Assembly (NCBI GenBank): GCA_965240325.2
Contig: OZ251227.1
Location: 3,410,001-3,474,000, forward strand
From: Rebecca billardiae RCC1528
Lineage: Eukaryota; Protista; Haptophyta
Direction: 5' to 3'
Length of the DNA: 64,000 bases
Positions 45,445 to 59,440 of the stretch are shown piece by piece. Each line of letters starts with the position of its first letter. Within the stretch, counting starts at the first letter, position 1. A program made the translations under genes and the position numbers. Under the pieces are notes generated by a model, which made no database searches, was not told where the DNA came from, and saw only the letters and a program-made list of their open reading frames with translations.

Positions 45445-47417
45445 ATGATTAAACTTTTCTGAGGATAGCGCACCAGCAAAATCCCTTGACCGCCATCCGG
45501 ATTTTACGGAGGCCGCGTTTGGACGCAGAAACGCGCGATGGCGAGGCCCGCCCTCGCACCACCGCTCTCGCGAGATCGCGACCGTGCGACCTGCGGCGTT
45601 GCGCTCGACGCGCTCTTTCTGCTCGGAGGCCGCGAGGACTCCCAGGTGCGCCAGCTCGCGAGCGTGCACCTTCCTCCTCGCCGCGCTCGCCGAGCACAAG
45701 CCGATCTGCAGCAGATGTGCAAGGAGCCGCATGTGGCCTTCCTCGCGCGCGCGGCACGGCTGCACACGAAAATCGTTAGAGGGCACTTCTCCGCGCATTC
45801 TACATTTTGGGGAAAGAACGCCTGAACTGCACAGAAAGTGCCCTCTAACGCTTCCGCTCCTCGCCGTTGCGTGCACGCGCAAAGGAGCACTGCAAAGGGT
45901 GCGACTGGGAGCATTCCTTCTCCCGGGCGGCCACCACGGCCTCGGAGGTGGTGAGGAACGCGTCGGCGACCACGGCATGGACCACCTCCGTCGCGCCGGA
46001 CACTCCGGTCGCCCCTCGCCGGACTCCATCCTCGCTGCGCGCTGACCGTTTGCCGAGCGGGCTGCCCCCGCCGCCTGCCCGGCGTGTGCCCGCGTGGTGA
46101 CACAAGATGGTCGAAGGCGTGGCAGCGCGGTGGTGCGTGCGATCGGGGGACCCCACCTGAGCTACGACACGGGCGCGCGCGCTCATCCGTGCTCATCACG
46201 GTGGTGCACGCGCGCGTCGCGCGCTCGTCGGCTGTCGCGCGCTGACGGCTGGGCTGCTTTGGGGTGTCGGCGGCGGCCACAGCTCGCTGGTACGGGCGCG
46301 ATGGTGGCTGCGAGTGGTACGCGGCGTTGCACCAGGTCCATGTGCGTCACGCACGACGCTCGGCCGGCTCGCCCTCGGACCATTGGCTGAGTTCTACTCG
46401 CTGCGCGCGCCGCGCGCGGGAGCCGCTCGGCAGCTGCTCGAGGCGCAAAGTGCGCCCCGCGCGCTGAACGTGGGCACGACGAGGTGGTGCGGCGAGCGTG
46501 CGCGGGTGTGTGTGCGTGATGGGCACCCCCATTGCGCTACTTGCCATGCACATCTGCCTCTCGCCAAGCCTTCGACACGATTGCTGCAAGCGCTGCTCGG
46601 AGGCGCGCTCGCGGGCTCGCGCGCGTTTGAATCTGGGCTCGGCGGCGATCGCGTGGACGAGGAGCAGCGCGGTGCACGGTGGCGGAGCGCGTGCGGAGCG
46701 CAGCCTACACCTCCTACACGCTCAATCCAGACACATCGCGCATGCTCGCGCGACCTCCTCGGTCCATCACGTGCGCGTGCGCGCGCGAGCAGGTGTGCAT
46801 TCGCCGGGCGCGTTCACGGCGCGCCGCGTTGGCGCGCGCGCACCGATACCCGTGCGCAGCTCGACGAGCGAGCGCGGTGTGTTTCGATGCGTATGGGGAG
46901 GCTCGAATTTACGCGCGCGCACGCGCCGGCCCTCGCCGCCCCTTCGCTCGCCCACGCCTCATCTGCGCGCTCGGCGTTTGCACGCAGCTGCTCATCCTTT
47001 CCAACACGTGCACAAACGAGCAGATAGCGCTGGGCGAGGTCGATTGGTGCGTCAGATATTCGGCAACGACCAGCCCCGCTCGTGTGCCGCCGCTCGTGCT
47101 ACTCTTGACGACCACCTCTGGCTCGGTCGCGCGCACGAGGCTGCTCGCGGGCCCAATCGTGCCGTGTACCGTCAAGCTGTACCGTGCGCAGCGAGGCGCA
47201 CTCAGACGTCCGCATGGGCTCGCATGCGAGGGCCCGGCAGTGCGACGCGTCGATGGAGCATGCTCCGGATACGCTTCGGCGCACTTTCCGACGCGCACGA
47301 GCCGCTCGAAGGCGCGGAAGGGCGCCCAAACGGGGCAACCGCCATTTTGCGCCACTTCGGCCCGGATGGCGGTCAAGGGAAATTGCTGGTGCGCTATCCT
47401 CAGAAAAGTTTAATCAT
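45445..47417 (+). mobile_element. About 1.97-kb DNA transposon derivative with 56-bp TIR; decayed hAT-like transposase traces
   Basis: TIR atgattaaacttttctgaggatagcgcaccagcaa..tcccttgaccgccatccgg (2 mismatches). Fragmented motifs HCKGC, VGTTRW and FQHVHKR...LVRQIFGN are reminiscent of hAT BED, catalytic and dimerisation regions. Confidence 0.75.
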
Positions 47418-47427
47418 TATATATAGG

Positions 47428-47995
47428 GACCGCGAGGTCTACGGCACGCTTGAGGGCCAGGTGGGCCCATACGAGGCGCGGCTCGACACCTTCCCCGCGA
47501 TCGTCCCGATTGTCGTGGGGGCGTTCGGCGAGTGGAGCGCGGAGGTGGACCTCACCCTCAAGAAGATCGCCAAGATGGGGCGGGACACGTGGCGCGCGCG
47601 CCTCAGCGCGCCCTCGCGCCCCGCCGCCGAGCGCGCGCTGCTCGGCACCATGCGGCGCGAGCTGGGCATGCGCTGCCTGCGTGGCCAGGCCAAGATGCTC
47701 ATCGCCCGCGCGCGCATGGCGCACGTGCGCCCGGGGGCACGCGCCCGCGGGGGCGCTGCATACGACGACTACTTCGAGACGACGGCTGACGACGCGTGGC
47801 ACCGCGACCACCGCGGTGGCGCGTGCGCGTCGACGCCAGACGGTGCGTCGAGCTTCCGCTCGGCGATGGAGTGATGGGCGACTATGAGGGGGGGGACGAC
47901 GGCGAGGAGCGCTGATCCTGGTGTTTGTCTCTGCTGCTCGATCTGCTGCTACAGCTTGCTGACTCTGACGCCTGCCCGTTGCATACCACGTCGTT
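47428..47995 (+). mobile_element. 5'-truncated RLE non-LTR retrotransposon, copy B
   Basis: Same 3' end ..gcataccacgtcgtt|aatatatat. Confidence 0.85.
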
Positions 47996-48004
47996 AATAT
48001 ATAT

Positions 48005-49053
<1,049 letters not shown>

Positions 49054-49269
49054 CGTCGTCAGCATCGCGTCTATCTGACATATGCAGCATCGCGGCGTAT
49101 AGCAGCAGCTGCATCATCGGCATCAGGCGCCGCGGCGCGCGCACTATACGTACTTCGCGGCGCTGCTCATGCAGCGACATCGTCGTCAGCAGCGCGAGCG
49201 CAGCAGCAGGCCTCGTACAGGCCTGGCCGGCAGTAGCGACGAGCTGCGCTCGCGGCGGCGCCGTCGTCG

Positions 49270-49288
49270 TCAGCGCGGCGGGCGCGCC

Positions 49289-49319
<31 letters not shown>

Positions 49320-49962
49320 GCAGCACAGTCGGCGAGGAGGCGGCGGAAGCGCTGCCGCCGCACGACGAGGCGCTCGGGGCGAGGCGCAGCGAGGGCGGCG
49401 CGGTGAGCGAGGACGCGCGGCTGCGCGGCCCCGCGCCACCCGCCCCGCCCTCCTCCGCCCCGCCCCCGGACTGCGGCCCCTCCGAGTCCGGCTCGACCAG
49501 CACGCGCAGCAGCGCAAACGCTGGGCAGCACAGCGGCGGCGCGCACGGCGGGTCGGGCGGCGGCGCGTGCGGCGCGCCGCGACGAGGGGCGTGCGCCGAG
49601 GGCTCGGCGGCGTCGGGCGGCGGCGAGGGGCGGCGCGGGTGCACGCGCGCGGCGAGCTCGTACTCGCCCGGCGCGAGGAAGCACGCGCCGAGCTCGAGGC
49701 ACGCGCCCTCGCCCGCGGGCGCGCCCAGCCGCGCGCCGCGCGCCACGCCGCGCCACGCGACGAGCGCAGGCGAGTCGGCGCCGCCGCGCACGCGGCGCGC
49801 GCACACGCTCACGGCGACGCCGAGCGTGGCGGTGGGGTCGGCGGCGCGGACGACGACGCGCAGCGCGCACACCGCCGCCACCGCCGCGCGCGCCGGCGGC
49901 TCGGCGCACCCCGGCGCCGCCGGCGGCTGCGCGCCGCCGCCGCCGCCGCCCGCGACGAGCGT

Positions 49963-50013
<51 letters not shown>

Positions 50014-51486
50014 CCGCCGGCCGCCGAGCGGCGGCGTGCCGTGTGACAGGCGGCGGGCGCCCGGCGGCAGCGGCGCGGGCGGCGCGGCGGCGGGCGCGGC
50101 GGCGGAGGCGCCCGCCGCCTCCTCGCCGCCCGCCGGCGCGCCCTCCGCGCGCCCGCCGCCCGGCGCGCGCGGCGGCGGCGGCGGCGGCGGCAGCAGGCAA
50201 AGGCTCACGAGCGCGGCGGCGGGCTCGAGCGCTGCGAGCGCGGCGCCGCCGATGCGGACGCACGCGGCGCGCAGCTCGCCCGCGCGCGGCTCGGCGCGGT
50301 GGCGGTGGCGTGCGCCGCGGGGCGGCTGCGCCCACGCGAGGCGCAGCGTCGCGCGCAGCGCGCACGCCAGCGCGTGCGACGCCTCCACGCGCGCGCACGC
50401 CGCCGCGCGCGCGCGCGCGCCCGCGCGCGCGCCGCCGAGCGCCGCGCCGCACGCTGGCAGCCATTCGGCGAGGAGCGCGGCCGAGCGCGGCGCGAGCGTG
50501 GGGCCGGCGGTGCGCGCCTCGTCGGCCCAGCCGGGCGGGAGCGGGAGGAGGAGCTCGCAGGAGGAGCGCGGGCGGAGCAGCGCGCTCCGCGCGCGCGCGC
50601 GCCCGCCGCCCGGCCGCGCGGCCGCGAGCGGCGGCGGCGCGGCGGCGGCCGCCGCGGCGGCGGCCGCGTCGGCGCGCGCCGCGTCCGCCGCGCGCGCGCC
50701 CGGCGCGAGCGGCGCGAGCGCGGCGGCGACGCCGAGCGGCTCGGCGGCGTCGTTGGCCACGCGCACGAGCAGCGCGCGGCACACTTCGCCGCGCAGCGGG
50801 CACCCGTCCGTGCACAGCGCGCGCACGCCCGCGACACGCACACCCGGCTGCAGCGCCAGCCGCGCGCGCAGCTCGAGGCGGCGCCACCAGCGACCGAGCG
50901 CGCCGCCGGCGCCGTCGGCGGCGCCGGTCGGGCCGGGCGCGAGCGCGCCGGCGTAGACGAGGGCGAGGGTCTCCTCGCACGAGGACACGCACGGCTCGCC
51001 CCCGCCCTCGCCCTCGCCCTCGCCCTCGCCCTCGCTCGCCGAGTGCTCGCTGCCGCTGCCGCTGCCGCCGCCGCCCTCGCCGCCGCTGCCGCTGCCGCTG
51101 CCGCCGCCGCTGCCGCTGCCGCTGCCGTAGCCGCGGGCGGCGGCGGCGCGCCAGCGCGGCGCGCCGACGGGCGCGGGCTGCGCGCCCGCGCCCGCGAGCG
51201 GCGCGCGGAGCTCGGCGCGGAGGGCGAGCTCGGCGCCGGGCTCGAGCGGCTCGGGCAGCGCGCCGCCGCCCTCGGCGCGCGCGCGCTCCAGCCTCGGGCG
51301 CGCGAGCACGCGCTGCGCGCTCGCGCCGGCCCTCGGGCCGCCGCCGCATCCGGCGTCGGCGTCAGCCGCTCCGCCGCACCCGGCGGCAGCTTCGGCCGAC
51401 GCGTCGGCGTCGTCAAAGTCGGCGGCGTGGCAGAGCTGCAGCGCCGCGTCGGCGTCGGCGGCGGCGCGGAGCGCGCGGTCGCGCGC

Positions 51487-51521
<35 letters not shown>

Positions 51522-51902
51522 GCCACTGCTCGACCGCCGCGCGGTGCGCCGACGCCGCGCCCACGTTGCCCGCGCCGACGCTGAGCGCGCGCCGCTCGCC
51601 CGGCGCGGCGCGGAGCGAGCGCAGCGCCGCCGCGCCGCCGGGGCGCAGCTCGAGGCGCGGCAGCGGCGGCGTGACGTGGATGCGCACGCCGGCGCCGCCC
51701 GGCTCGCACCCGCCGTCCGAGCCGAGCGGCGCGCGCATCCGCGCGCCGCCGAGCGCGCGCCAGCGGACCGCGGTGAGTCGCAGCTCGCCCGCGGCGAGCG
51801 GCACGCAGCGCACGCGCAGCCGCAAGCGCCCGCGCGCGCCGACGAGCGCGGGCGGCGCGGCGGCGCGCGCGCCGAGCGCGGCGGCGGCGTCGTCGGCGTC
51901 CA

Positions 51903-51947
<45 letters not shown>

Positions 51948-54036
51948 GCAGCTCGAGCGCCAGGCCTTCGACGCGCACGGCGGCGGCGGTGGGGTTGGCC
52001 AGCGAGATCTCAATCTCCGCCGCCTCGCCCGCGCACCACACCCACGGCGGCGGCGAGGGCGGCGGCGCGGGCGCGGCGGCGGGCGCGGCGGGCGCGGGCG
52101 CGGCGGCGGGCCCCGCAGCGTGCGCCGCCGCGCAGCCCGCGTGGCCGCTGCGGCTGCGAGCGCGCCGCGCCGCGCCGCCGCCGCCGCCGCCCGCCGCCAA
52201 CGCGCTGTGGAGCCACACCGCGCCGCCGGCCGCGCCGGGCGCGTGGGCGGAGCGCGCGCGCGAGCGCGCCGCGCCGGCAAAGGCGGGCGGCGAGGGCGCG
52301 CGCCCATCCGCCGCCGCCGGCGCGCCGCCGCCGCCGCCGCCGCCGCCCGCCGCCGCGCCGCGCGCCGCCGCCTCCGGCCGCCACTGCGGCGCGCCGCCGC
52401 GCGGCGGCACGCAGCGCGCGCGCAGCAGCCGCGGCAGCGCGCACGCGGGCGGCGCGGGCGGCGCGCGCGCGCGCACCACCGCAGCGGCGCCCGCGAGCTC
52501 GGCGAGCGCGGCGCGCGCGTCCGCGGCCGACGCGCCGGGCTCGGCCGCGCCGAGCTCGGCGAGCGCAAGCTCGAGCGCGCGGCGCGCGGCGCGCGGCTCG
52601 GCGGCGCGCGCGAGCGCGGCCGCGCGCCGCGCCGCGTCCGCGGTGGCGCGCCCGCGCAGCGCGCGCCACGCGCGCGGCACGCCGAGCGCGAGCCGCCCGC
52701 CCGCCTCCGCCGCGGGCGCGCCCAGCAGCGCCGCGCCGAGCGCCGCCGCCGCGCGCAGCTCGCCCGCGCCCTCCGCCGCGGCCGCCGCGCGCTGCAGCAG
52801 CAGCGCGGCGCGGCGCGCGCCGCCGAGCCGCGCGCACGCGAGCGCGGCGCACAGCGCGCAGCGTGCGGCCTCGAGCTCGGCGGGCGCCCAGCCGCCGCCG
52901 GGGCGCGGCGCCGCGCTGCTGGGCGCGGCGGGCTGCGGCGCGGCGGGCGGCGACACGAGCGCGCCGCAGCCCGGCGGCGCGCCCGCCGCGCCCGCCGCCG
53001 CCGCCGTCGCGTCGGGCGGCGGCGCGGGCAGCGCCCACGCGGCGGCGAGCGCGCGGGCGCGGCGCTCGGCGTGCCGCGCGCCGCCGCCGGCGCCGCCGCC
53101 GCCGCCGAGCAGCGCGCCGAGGCGCAGCGCGCACTCGGCGCGCAGCTGCGCGACCGAGCCCGCGCCCGCGCCCGCGTCCGCGCCCGCGGCCGCGCCGCGC
53201 GCGCGCGCCGCCGCCGCCGCCTCGTCCGGCGCGCCGCCGGCGGCCGCGAGCGGCGGCGGCGGCGCGCCCGCGGGCCGCGGCGCGTCGGCGGCGGCGGGCG
53301 GCGGCGCGTGCGGCAGCCGCGCGTACGCGCCGAGCGCCTCGAGCAGCCGCTCCGCCGCCGCCTCCTCCGCGCGGCCGCGCGCGTCCGCGCCGCCCTCCGC
53401 CGCCGCCTCGCGCAGCGCCGCCGCTGCGACCAGCTCGAGCGCGGCGCCGAGCGCGCCCGCGTCCGCGGCGGCGCGGCACGCGTCGGCCGCGCCGAGCGCG
53501 CGCGCGCGCAGGTCGCGCGCGCGCGCGGCGGCGGGCGAGGGCGCGGGTGCCGCGCCGCCGGCCGGCGGCGAGCAGCCGGGCGCGGGCGACGCGCGGCCCG
53601 AGCCGCGCGGCGTGACGGGCGCGGACGCGCCGCCGGCCGCGCCGAGCGCGGCGAGCTGCGCGGCGGCGAGCGCGCGGCGCGCGCCGAGCGCGCGGCGCGC
53701 GGCGGTGGCGGAGAGCGCGCCGCGCGTCGCGCGCGGCCAGAGCAGCGCGCCCGCGCCCCGCCCCGTCGGCGCGCCGATCGCCGCGGCGAGCGCCTCATCG
53801 CGCGCCTCCGCGTCCGCGCACAGCTGCGCGCGCAGCCTGCCGAGCAGCGAGCGCGCGTGCAGCGGCAGCGGCGCGCGCGACGCGGCGGTGCGCACGGACG
53901 CGGGCGGCTGCGCGGACGCGGCGCGCGCGGCGAGCCAGCCCGCGGGCGAGCCGGCGTGCTGCCGCGGCGGCGGCGACGCCGCCGCCGACGACGGCGACGG
54001 CGACGGCGCGCGCGGCTCGGCGGCGCGCGCGGGCGT

Positions 54037-54071
<35 letters not shown>

Positions 54072-54753
54072 CGCCGCCGTCCGGCTCGGGCGCGGCGTCG
54101 AGCTCGGCGCCGGGCGCGCGCCAGAGGCAGAGCACCGCGTCCTCCGCCGGCGGGAGCGCCTCCTCCGCCCCGTCGAACACGAGCAGGCACACCGCCACCG
54201 CGCACCCCTCCTCGTCCGCGCCCGCGGCCGCGCCGCCGCCGCCGGCCGCGGCCGCGCGCGCGGCGAGCTCGGCAAAGAGCGCGCGCGCGCCCGCGGAGGC
54301 GGCGGCGGCGTCGGCGTGCGCGGCGTCGGGCGCGGGCGGTGCGGAGGCGGCGGCGGAGCCGGCGCACGCCGACGGGCCGGGCGCGGCGAGCGCCGCCGCG
54401 TGCCGCGTGCACACGCCCACGAGCGCGCGCAGCCGGCGGTGCGGCTGCAGCACGTCCCAGCGCGCGCGGCCCTCGCGCGCGCCGGGCTCGAGGGCGCGCT
54501 CGCCGACGAGGCGCACGCGCAGCGGCAGCGCGAACGCGGCGCTCCCCGCCGCCGGCTCGGCGCCGGCGGCGGGGAGCGCCTCCTCCGCGCGCAGCGCCGC
54601 GCGCACGCGGCCGCGCAGCCGCGCAAACGCGAGGTCGCCCGTCGCGCCGGCGCGCGCGACGCAGGCGCAGACGGAGAGCGGGTCGAGCGGGTCGGCGTCG
54701 AGGTCCCACGCGAGCAGCGCGCTGTCCTCCGCGCCGCCGAGCAGCAGCGCCAT
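49270..54753 (-). CDS. TRAPPC9: TRAPP II subunit TRAPPC9/Trs120-like, Ala-rich
   Basis: N-terminal [17 protein letters not shown] and [16 protein letters not shown]...[15 protein letters not shown]...[10 protein letters not shown] match the Trs120 pattern; about 1830 aa open frame. Confidence 0.7.
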
Positions 54754-55036
54754 CCGCTCAGCAGCAGCCCGGCGCGCGGCGCGCGCGCGCGCTTGATGGC
54801 GTCGGCCTGCTGTGCATTCCGCGACGGTCGGCGGCTGCCCAGCTGGTGGCCGCTGGCTCCGGGAGGCCTCCAGAACACGAGTCCGGGGCGGACCAGGGCA
54901 GAGTCCGGCCTCGGGCGCCATCCATCCGAATGATTGGCCTCGGCGCCTGCACTGGGGAGAGGCACGACTCGGAGGCCGAGAGCAGCTGCGCCCCCAGCGC
55001 GCAGTCGGTCGTCGCGCTCGCTCGGGAGGGAGAGAG

Positions 55037-55886
55037 ATGCTCGCCCGGAGGCTTCTCGCGCCCGCGCGCGCGCTCGGCGCGCTCTCGGCGGCCCGGCGAC
55101 CCCTCGCCACCGCCGCGCCGCACGCCGCCAAGCTCGAGCAGCTCAACGCGTGGATCCTCGCCGAGGAGGCGGACTACCTCGCGTCCAAGGGCGAGACCAA
55201 GTCGCTCGACGACATCGGCGGGAAGGCGCCGCTCAAGCTGTACGGCGTGAGCGGGCGGTACGCGACGGGGCTGTTCAACGCCGCCGCCGCCGCCAAGGAG
55301 GCGGGCAAGGTCGACGCCGACCTCAAGCGGCTCGTCGCCGCCGCGCACGCGTCGGCGACGCTGCTCGGCTTCATCGAGTCGCCGACGCTCTCGCGCGCGG
55401 AGCGGGCGAAGGGGACGAAGGAGGTGTGCGCGACGATCGGCGCGTGCGCGACGACGACCAACTTCCTCGCCGTCCTCGCCGAGTCCGGCCGCACAAAGTT
55501 CCTCCTCAACATCGCCGCCGACTACCACAAGCTCACCGCGGCCGCGGCGGGCGAGCTCGCCGTCACGCTCACCACGCCGCACGTGCGCGCGCGGCGCGTG
55601 CGCGCGCGCGCGCGCGCGTCCGCGCGCGCGCGGCGCCCGCGGGCCGAGCGCCGCCGCGCCCTCCCCGCCGCCACCCCCGCAGGTGCTGCCCGACCTCGTC
55701 GAGAAGGGCATCCTCGACGAGATCAAGGCCGAGTTCTTCCCGTGGGAGCGCGTCAAGATCGTGCGCCAGTACGACCCCGAGATCGTATCTGGGTACGTCG
55801 TCGACTTTGGGGACAAGATCCTGGACAAGTCGTACGGCTCGAAGCTCAAGAAGATCAAGAACGCGCTCGCCGGGATCGACGGCTAG
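55037..55886 (+). CDS. ATP5PO: Mitochondrial ATP synthase OSCP (delta family) subunit; intron 55583-55682
   Basis: Arg-rich presequence MLARRLLAPAR; PLKLYGVSGRYATGLF; TTNFLAVLAESGR; exon 2 DPEIVSGYVVDFGDKILDKS. Confidence 0.92.
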
Positions 55887-56715
55887 GCGCGCGGCGGCGC
55901 GCCCGCACCCGACCCGCCCGTCACGCCGCGCTCGCACGCAGCAGCCGCGCGGGCCGTGAGCCGTGAGCCGCGAGCCGCGCCGGGCGGTGACCTCTCTCTC
56001 TCCTCTGCTGAGCGGTGCTCTGGGCCTCTGGCCGTCCGCGGTCGGGCGACGAGGCGGAGGGCGGCGTGGCGCAGCTGGCGCGCGTGCACCCGCGCGAGCT
56101 CCCCGTGCTCGCGTGTCGAGCCGCGAGCAGCCGGCTCACTTCCAGCGTTGTGACTTTGCCGCAGCTGCAATCCGCAGATTCCGACTTGGATTCTTTGGCA
56201 TCGAGCGCGACTTCAAGTTCAGAGTTCATCCGAAGACGATCGACGATGCCGCTGACGATATAAGAATAATACGTGACGCGACGCGACGGCGGCGGCGAGC
56301 TAGCTACATATAGATATACACGAGGACGCGCCACACTGCTAGCTGCGCGTTATAAAGTAGTGACGCGTCGTAGCATCGTCGTGTGACACGACGGCCGTCG
56401 CCCGCTGCCCGTGCCGCCGCCGCGTCACGGGCCCGTGCAAGCTTCGCCGTGCCAGGCCGCCCAGGGCACACTGACTGGCACGGTGATGAGTCATCGTCAC
56501 GCGGTTACTGACCACACGCCCGACCGGGCCCCGGGCCCGCGACGCTGAGGCCCGCTCGCCGCAGCAGCGCGGCCGGGCGCCGCAGCCGGCCGCGCACCGC
56601 GGAGAACGCCGCTGCGCGATGGCTGGGTCCGAGCTGCCGCGCGCGCCGGAGCCGTGTGTGTGCCCGGTTGGGCCTGGCGGAGTGACTGCCTGAGCGGTCG
56701 GTGGCAGGCGGCCGG

Positions 56716-57208
56716 TCAGCTCGGCCCCTTGCCGCCGAATTTGAAGAACCAGATGAGGAGGAGCACGGCGGCGGCGGTGAGCGCGGCGATCGCGAGGATC
56801 CACTTGCAGTCCTTCGTGCGCCTGAGCAGCGCCGCCATCCTCGCCTGCGCGCTGCGCATGCCGCTGGACGTGCTGTCGACGCCGTGCTCGATCTCGTCGA
56901 GCAGAGAGTTCTGCGCGCACGCGGGGGGCGCGGGCGGGCGGCGGGGTCGGTCGGGGGCGGCGGGCGGTGCGCGGCGCGCGGCGCGCGCGCACCTGCATGT
57001 CGAGCTCGCCCTTGATCTGCAGCCCCATGTGCTTGATCGTGCCGAGCGACCTCGAGATGCCGTCGAGCGCGTGGTCCTGCTGCGCCATCACCTGCTCCTG
57101 CGCGGCGATGATGGCGTGCGTGTCGGAGCGGTCGGCGACGAGCGGGCGGACGGACGAGGCGAACGGGTTGGACTCGGCCGACGCGCCGCCGGCGGCGGAC
57201 GACGACAT
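56716..57208 (-). CDS. Qc-SNARE (syntaxin-6/8-like); intron 56911-56992
   Basis: QDHALDGISRSLGTIKHMGLQIKGELDMQ|NSLLDEIEHGVD..., with C-terminal TM WILAIAALTAAAVLLLIWFF. Confidence 0.88.
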
Positions 57209-57422
57209 GGCGGCCCGCCTTTGCTGCGGGCGGCGGGCGGAGGGCGCCAAAGAGCAGCTCACTCCACGATGGCGGCCGCTTGCACGCCTGCGGATTCGGC
57301 GGCTTTCATTTCGCGTCGCGAAACTCGAAAAGCTCATCTTCGGTTGATGCGATCATCAGCAGCGATGGCGGCGCGAATGCGATTGATCAGCCTCAGCCTC
57401 AGACACAGTAAGACGACTTGTC

Positions 57423-59243
57423 TCACGACCGGTCGACGCCGGCCGCGCCCGCGCGCGACGACGAGCGCCCGCCGGCATCGGGCGAGGAGGGCGCACCCAC
57501 CGTGCCCGCGACGAGCTTGGTCTTGCGCGGGTTGAGCACCTTGGCGCCCGTCTCGCCCTGCGCGGCGGCGCGGCAGGTCCGGCGCGGGCCGCAGCCATCG
57601 ATCGGGCGCGGGTCGGGGGCGGGGCGCGCGGCTCGGTCAGTGCGGCATCACCGCTCCGCCGGGCGCGCTCGGCGCGGGCCGCGCGCGCACCTCGAGCTGA
57701 AGCACCTGCGCCTTGAGGCGGCGCTGCCGCTCGCGCAGGCCGAGCGCGCCCTCCGCCGCCGGCGCGCCCGCCGCGCCGCCGCCTCCCTGCGGCAGCGCCG
57801 CGCCCGGCGGCGGCGGCGGCTGCTGCTGCTGCGGCTCGCCGCCGCCGCTCGCGCCGCCGGCGCTGGCGCCGTACTCGCCCTCGAGGGCGGCGATGGCCGC
57901 CTTGCGCGCCGCGATCTCCTGGCGCAGGCCGGGGCGTCCCGCCGCGCCGGGCTCGGCGTCGCGCCGGCGGTACGCGTCGAGCAGCGCCTGGCGCTCCGCC
58001 GAGAGCGCGGCGGCGCGCGCGTCGGCGCGCGCGGCGCGGCCGCGCGCCGCGTCGCGCCGCGCGGCCGCGCCGCGCCAGCGCGCGGCGAGGAGCGTCGCCG
58101 CCGCGGCCTGCCGCCGCTGCGCGGCGCGGCGGCGGCGCGCGGCGGCGGCGTCGGCGTCGAGCCCGGGCTTGCGCCACGCCGCGAGCAGCGGCTTGTCCAG
58201 CTCGGCGCCCAGCGCGTCCGCGCGCGCCGCCGCCTCGTCCGCGTCCGCCTCGGCCGCGGCCAGCGCCGCGGCCAGCCGGCGCTGCTGCTGCTGCGCGGCC
58301 GCCGCCTCGGCCTCGGCGGCGGCGGCGCGCGCGCCCGCCGAAGCGCCCGCCGCGGCAAGCAGCCCGTCGAGCGTCGCCGCGCCGCCGCGCGCCCGCCCGC
58401 GCGGCGGCAGCCCCTCCGCCGCCTCCGCCTCCGCCTCGGCGCCGAGCGGCGGCGGCGGCGGCGGCGGCAGTCCGACAAAGCGGCCGAGGTGCGCGAGCTG
58501 CGAGCGCAGCGCGGCGGCGGCGTCGTCGAGCGAGCCGAGCGCCGCGTCGCGCTCGGCGGCGGCGAGCGCGGCGGCCTCGGCCGCGTCGCGCTCGGCCGCG
58601 TCGCGCGCGGCGAGCTCCGCCCGCGCGCCCGCCAGCTCGGCGGCCAGGCGCCGCGCGCCGCGCGCGGCGTCGTGCGCAGCCGCGAGCTCGGCCTGCAGCC
58701 GCACGCACTCGCGGTAGTACATGCGCGCCTCGTGCGCGAGGTGGAGCGGCGAGGCGTGCGCGCCGACGAGGCGCGACTCGGCCTCCGCCGCGTCGCGCGC
58801 GCCCAGCGCCGCGCTCAGCTCGCGCACGCGCGCGCGCAGCGAGGCCACGTCGGGCGGGCCCTCGGCGCCGTCCGCCCGCGCGGTCGCCGCGACCGCCGCG
58901 CGCGCGAGCTCGAGCTCGCGCGTGCGCGCGCCGAGCGCGGCCTCGAGCGAGGCGATGCGCTGCTGCTGCGCCACGCCCTCCGCCTCCATGCGCACCAGCC
59001 GCGCGCGCAGCGCCTTCGCCTGCCGCGCGAGCGGCGCGTCCGCGCGCGGCGGCGGCGGCGCGGCGCGCGCGCGCGCGCGCCGGGCAGCGGCGCGTCGGCA
59101 AAGGCAAAGTCGGCCGGCTTGAGCGGCGGCGGGTCGGCGGCGTCGGCGTCGGCCCACGCGAGCGCGCGCGTGCCGCGCAGCGACGCGGCGGAGCCCGCGC
59201 TCGCGCCGCGCCGGCCCGCGCTCTGCGCGCGCGCCGAGCGCAT
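57423..59243 (-). CDS. Coiled-coil protein with IQ-like motif; intron 57558-57690, first intron and start uncertain
   Basis: Heptad-rich ORF 57637-59157; AAATLLAARWRGAAARR (IQ-like); last exon GETGAKVLNPRKTK...* after GT-AG splicing. Confidence 0.55.
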
Positions 59244-59440
59244 CGTCGTCCTTGATGCCGCCGCGGTGGCTGGACTACAGCTGGACGTGGGCGGAGGAGT
59301 TCAAATCGGCCGGGCGCGCACGCACGATGGCGGCGTTCGTTACGCTGTATCATACTGATTGATCGCGGTAGTTACTAGTCTCGGTCGTGATGACAACTAT
59401 GGCAGTAACGACTGCTGCGCGACGGCTCGAGTCAGGTGAC

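Noticed and set aside
47422-47430. TATAGGGAC at the 5' end of retrotransposon copy B, matching the U-I-U left junction
   Set aside because: GAC is templated by the element and TATA by the microsatellite, leaving only two extra G; probably coincidence.
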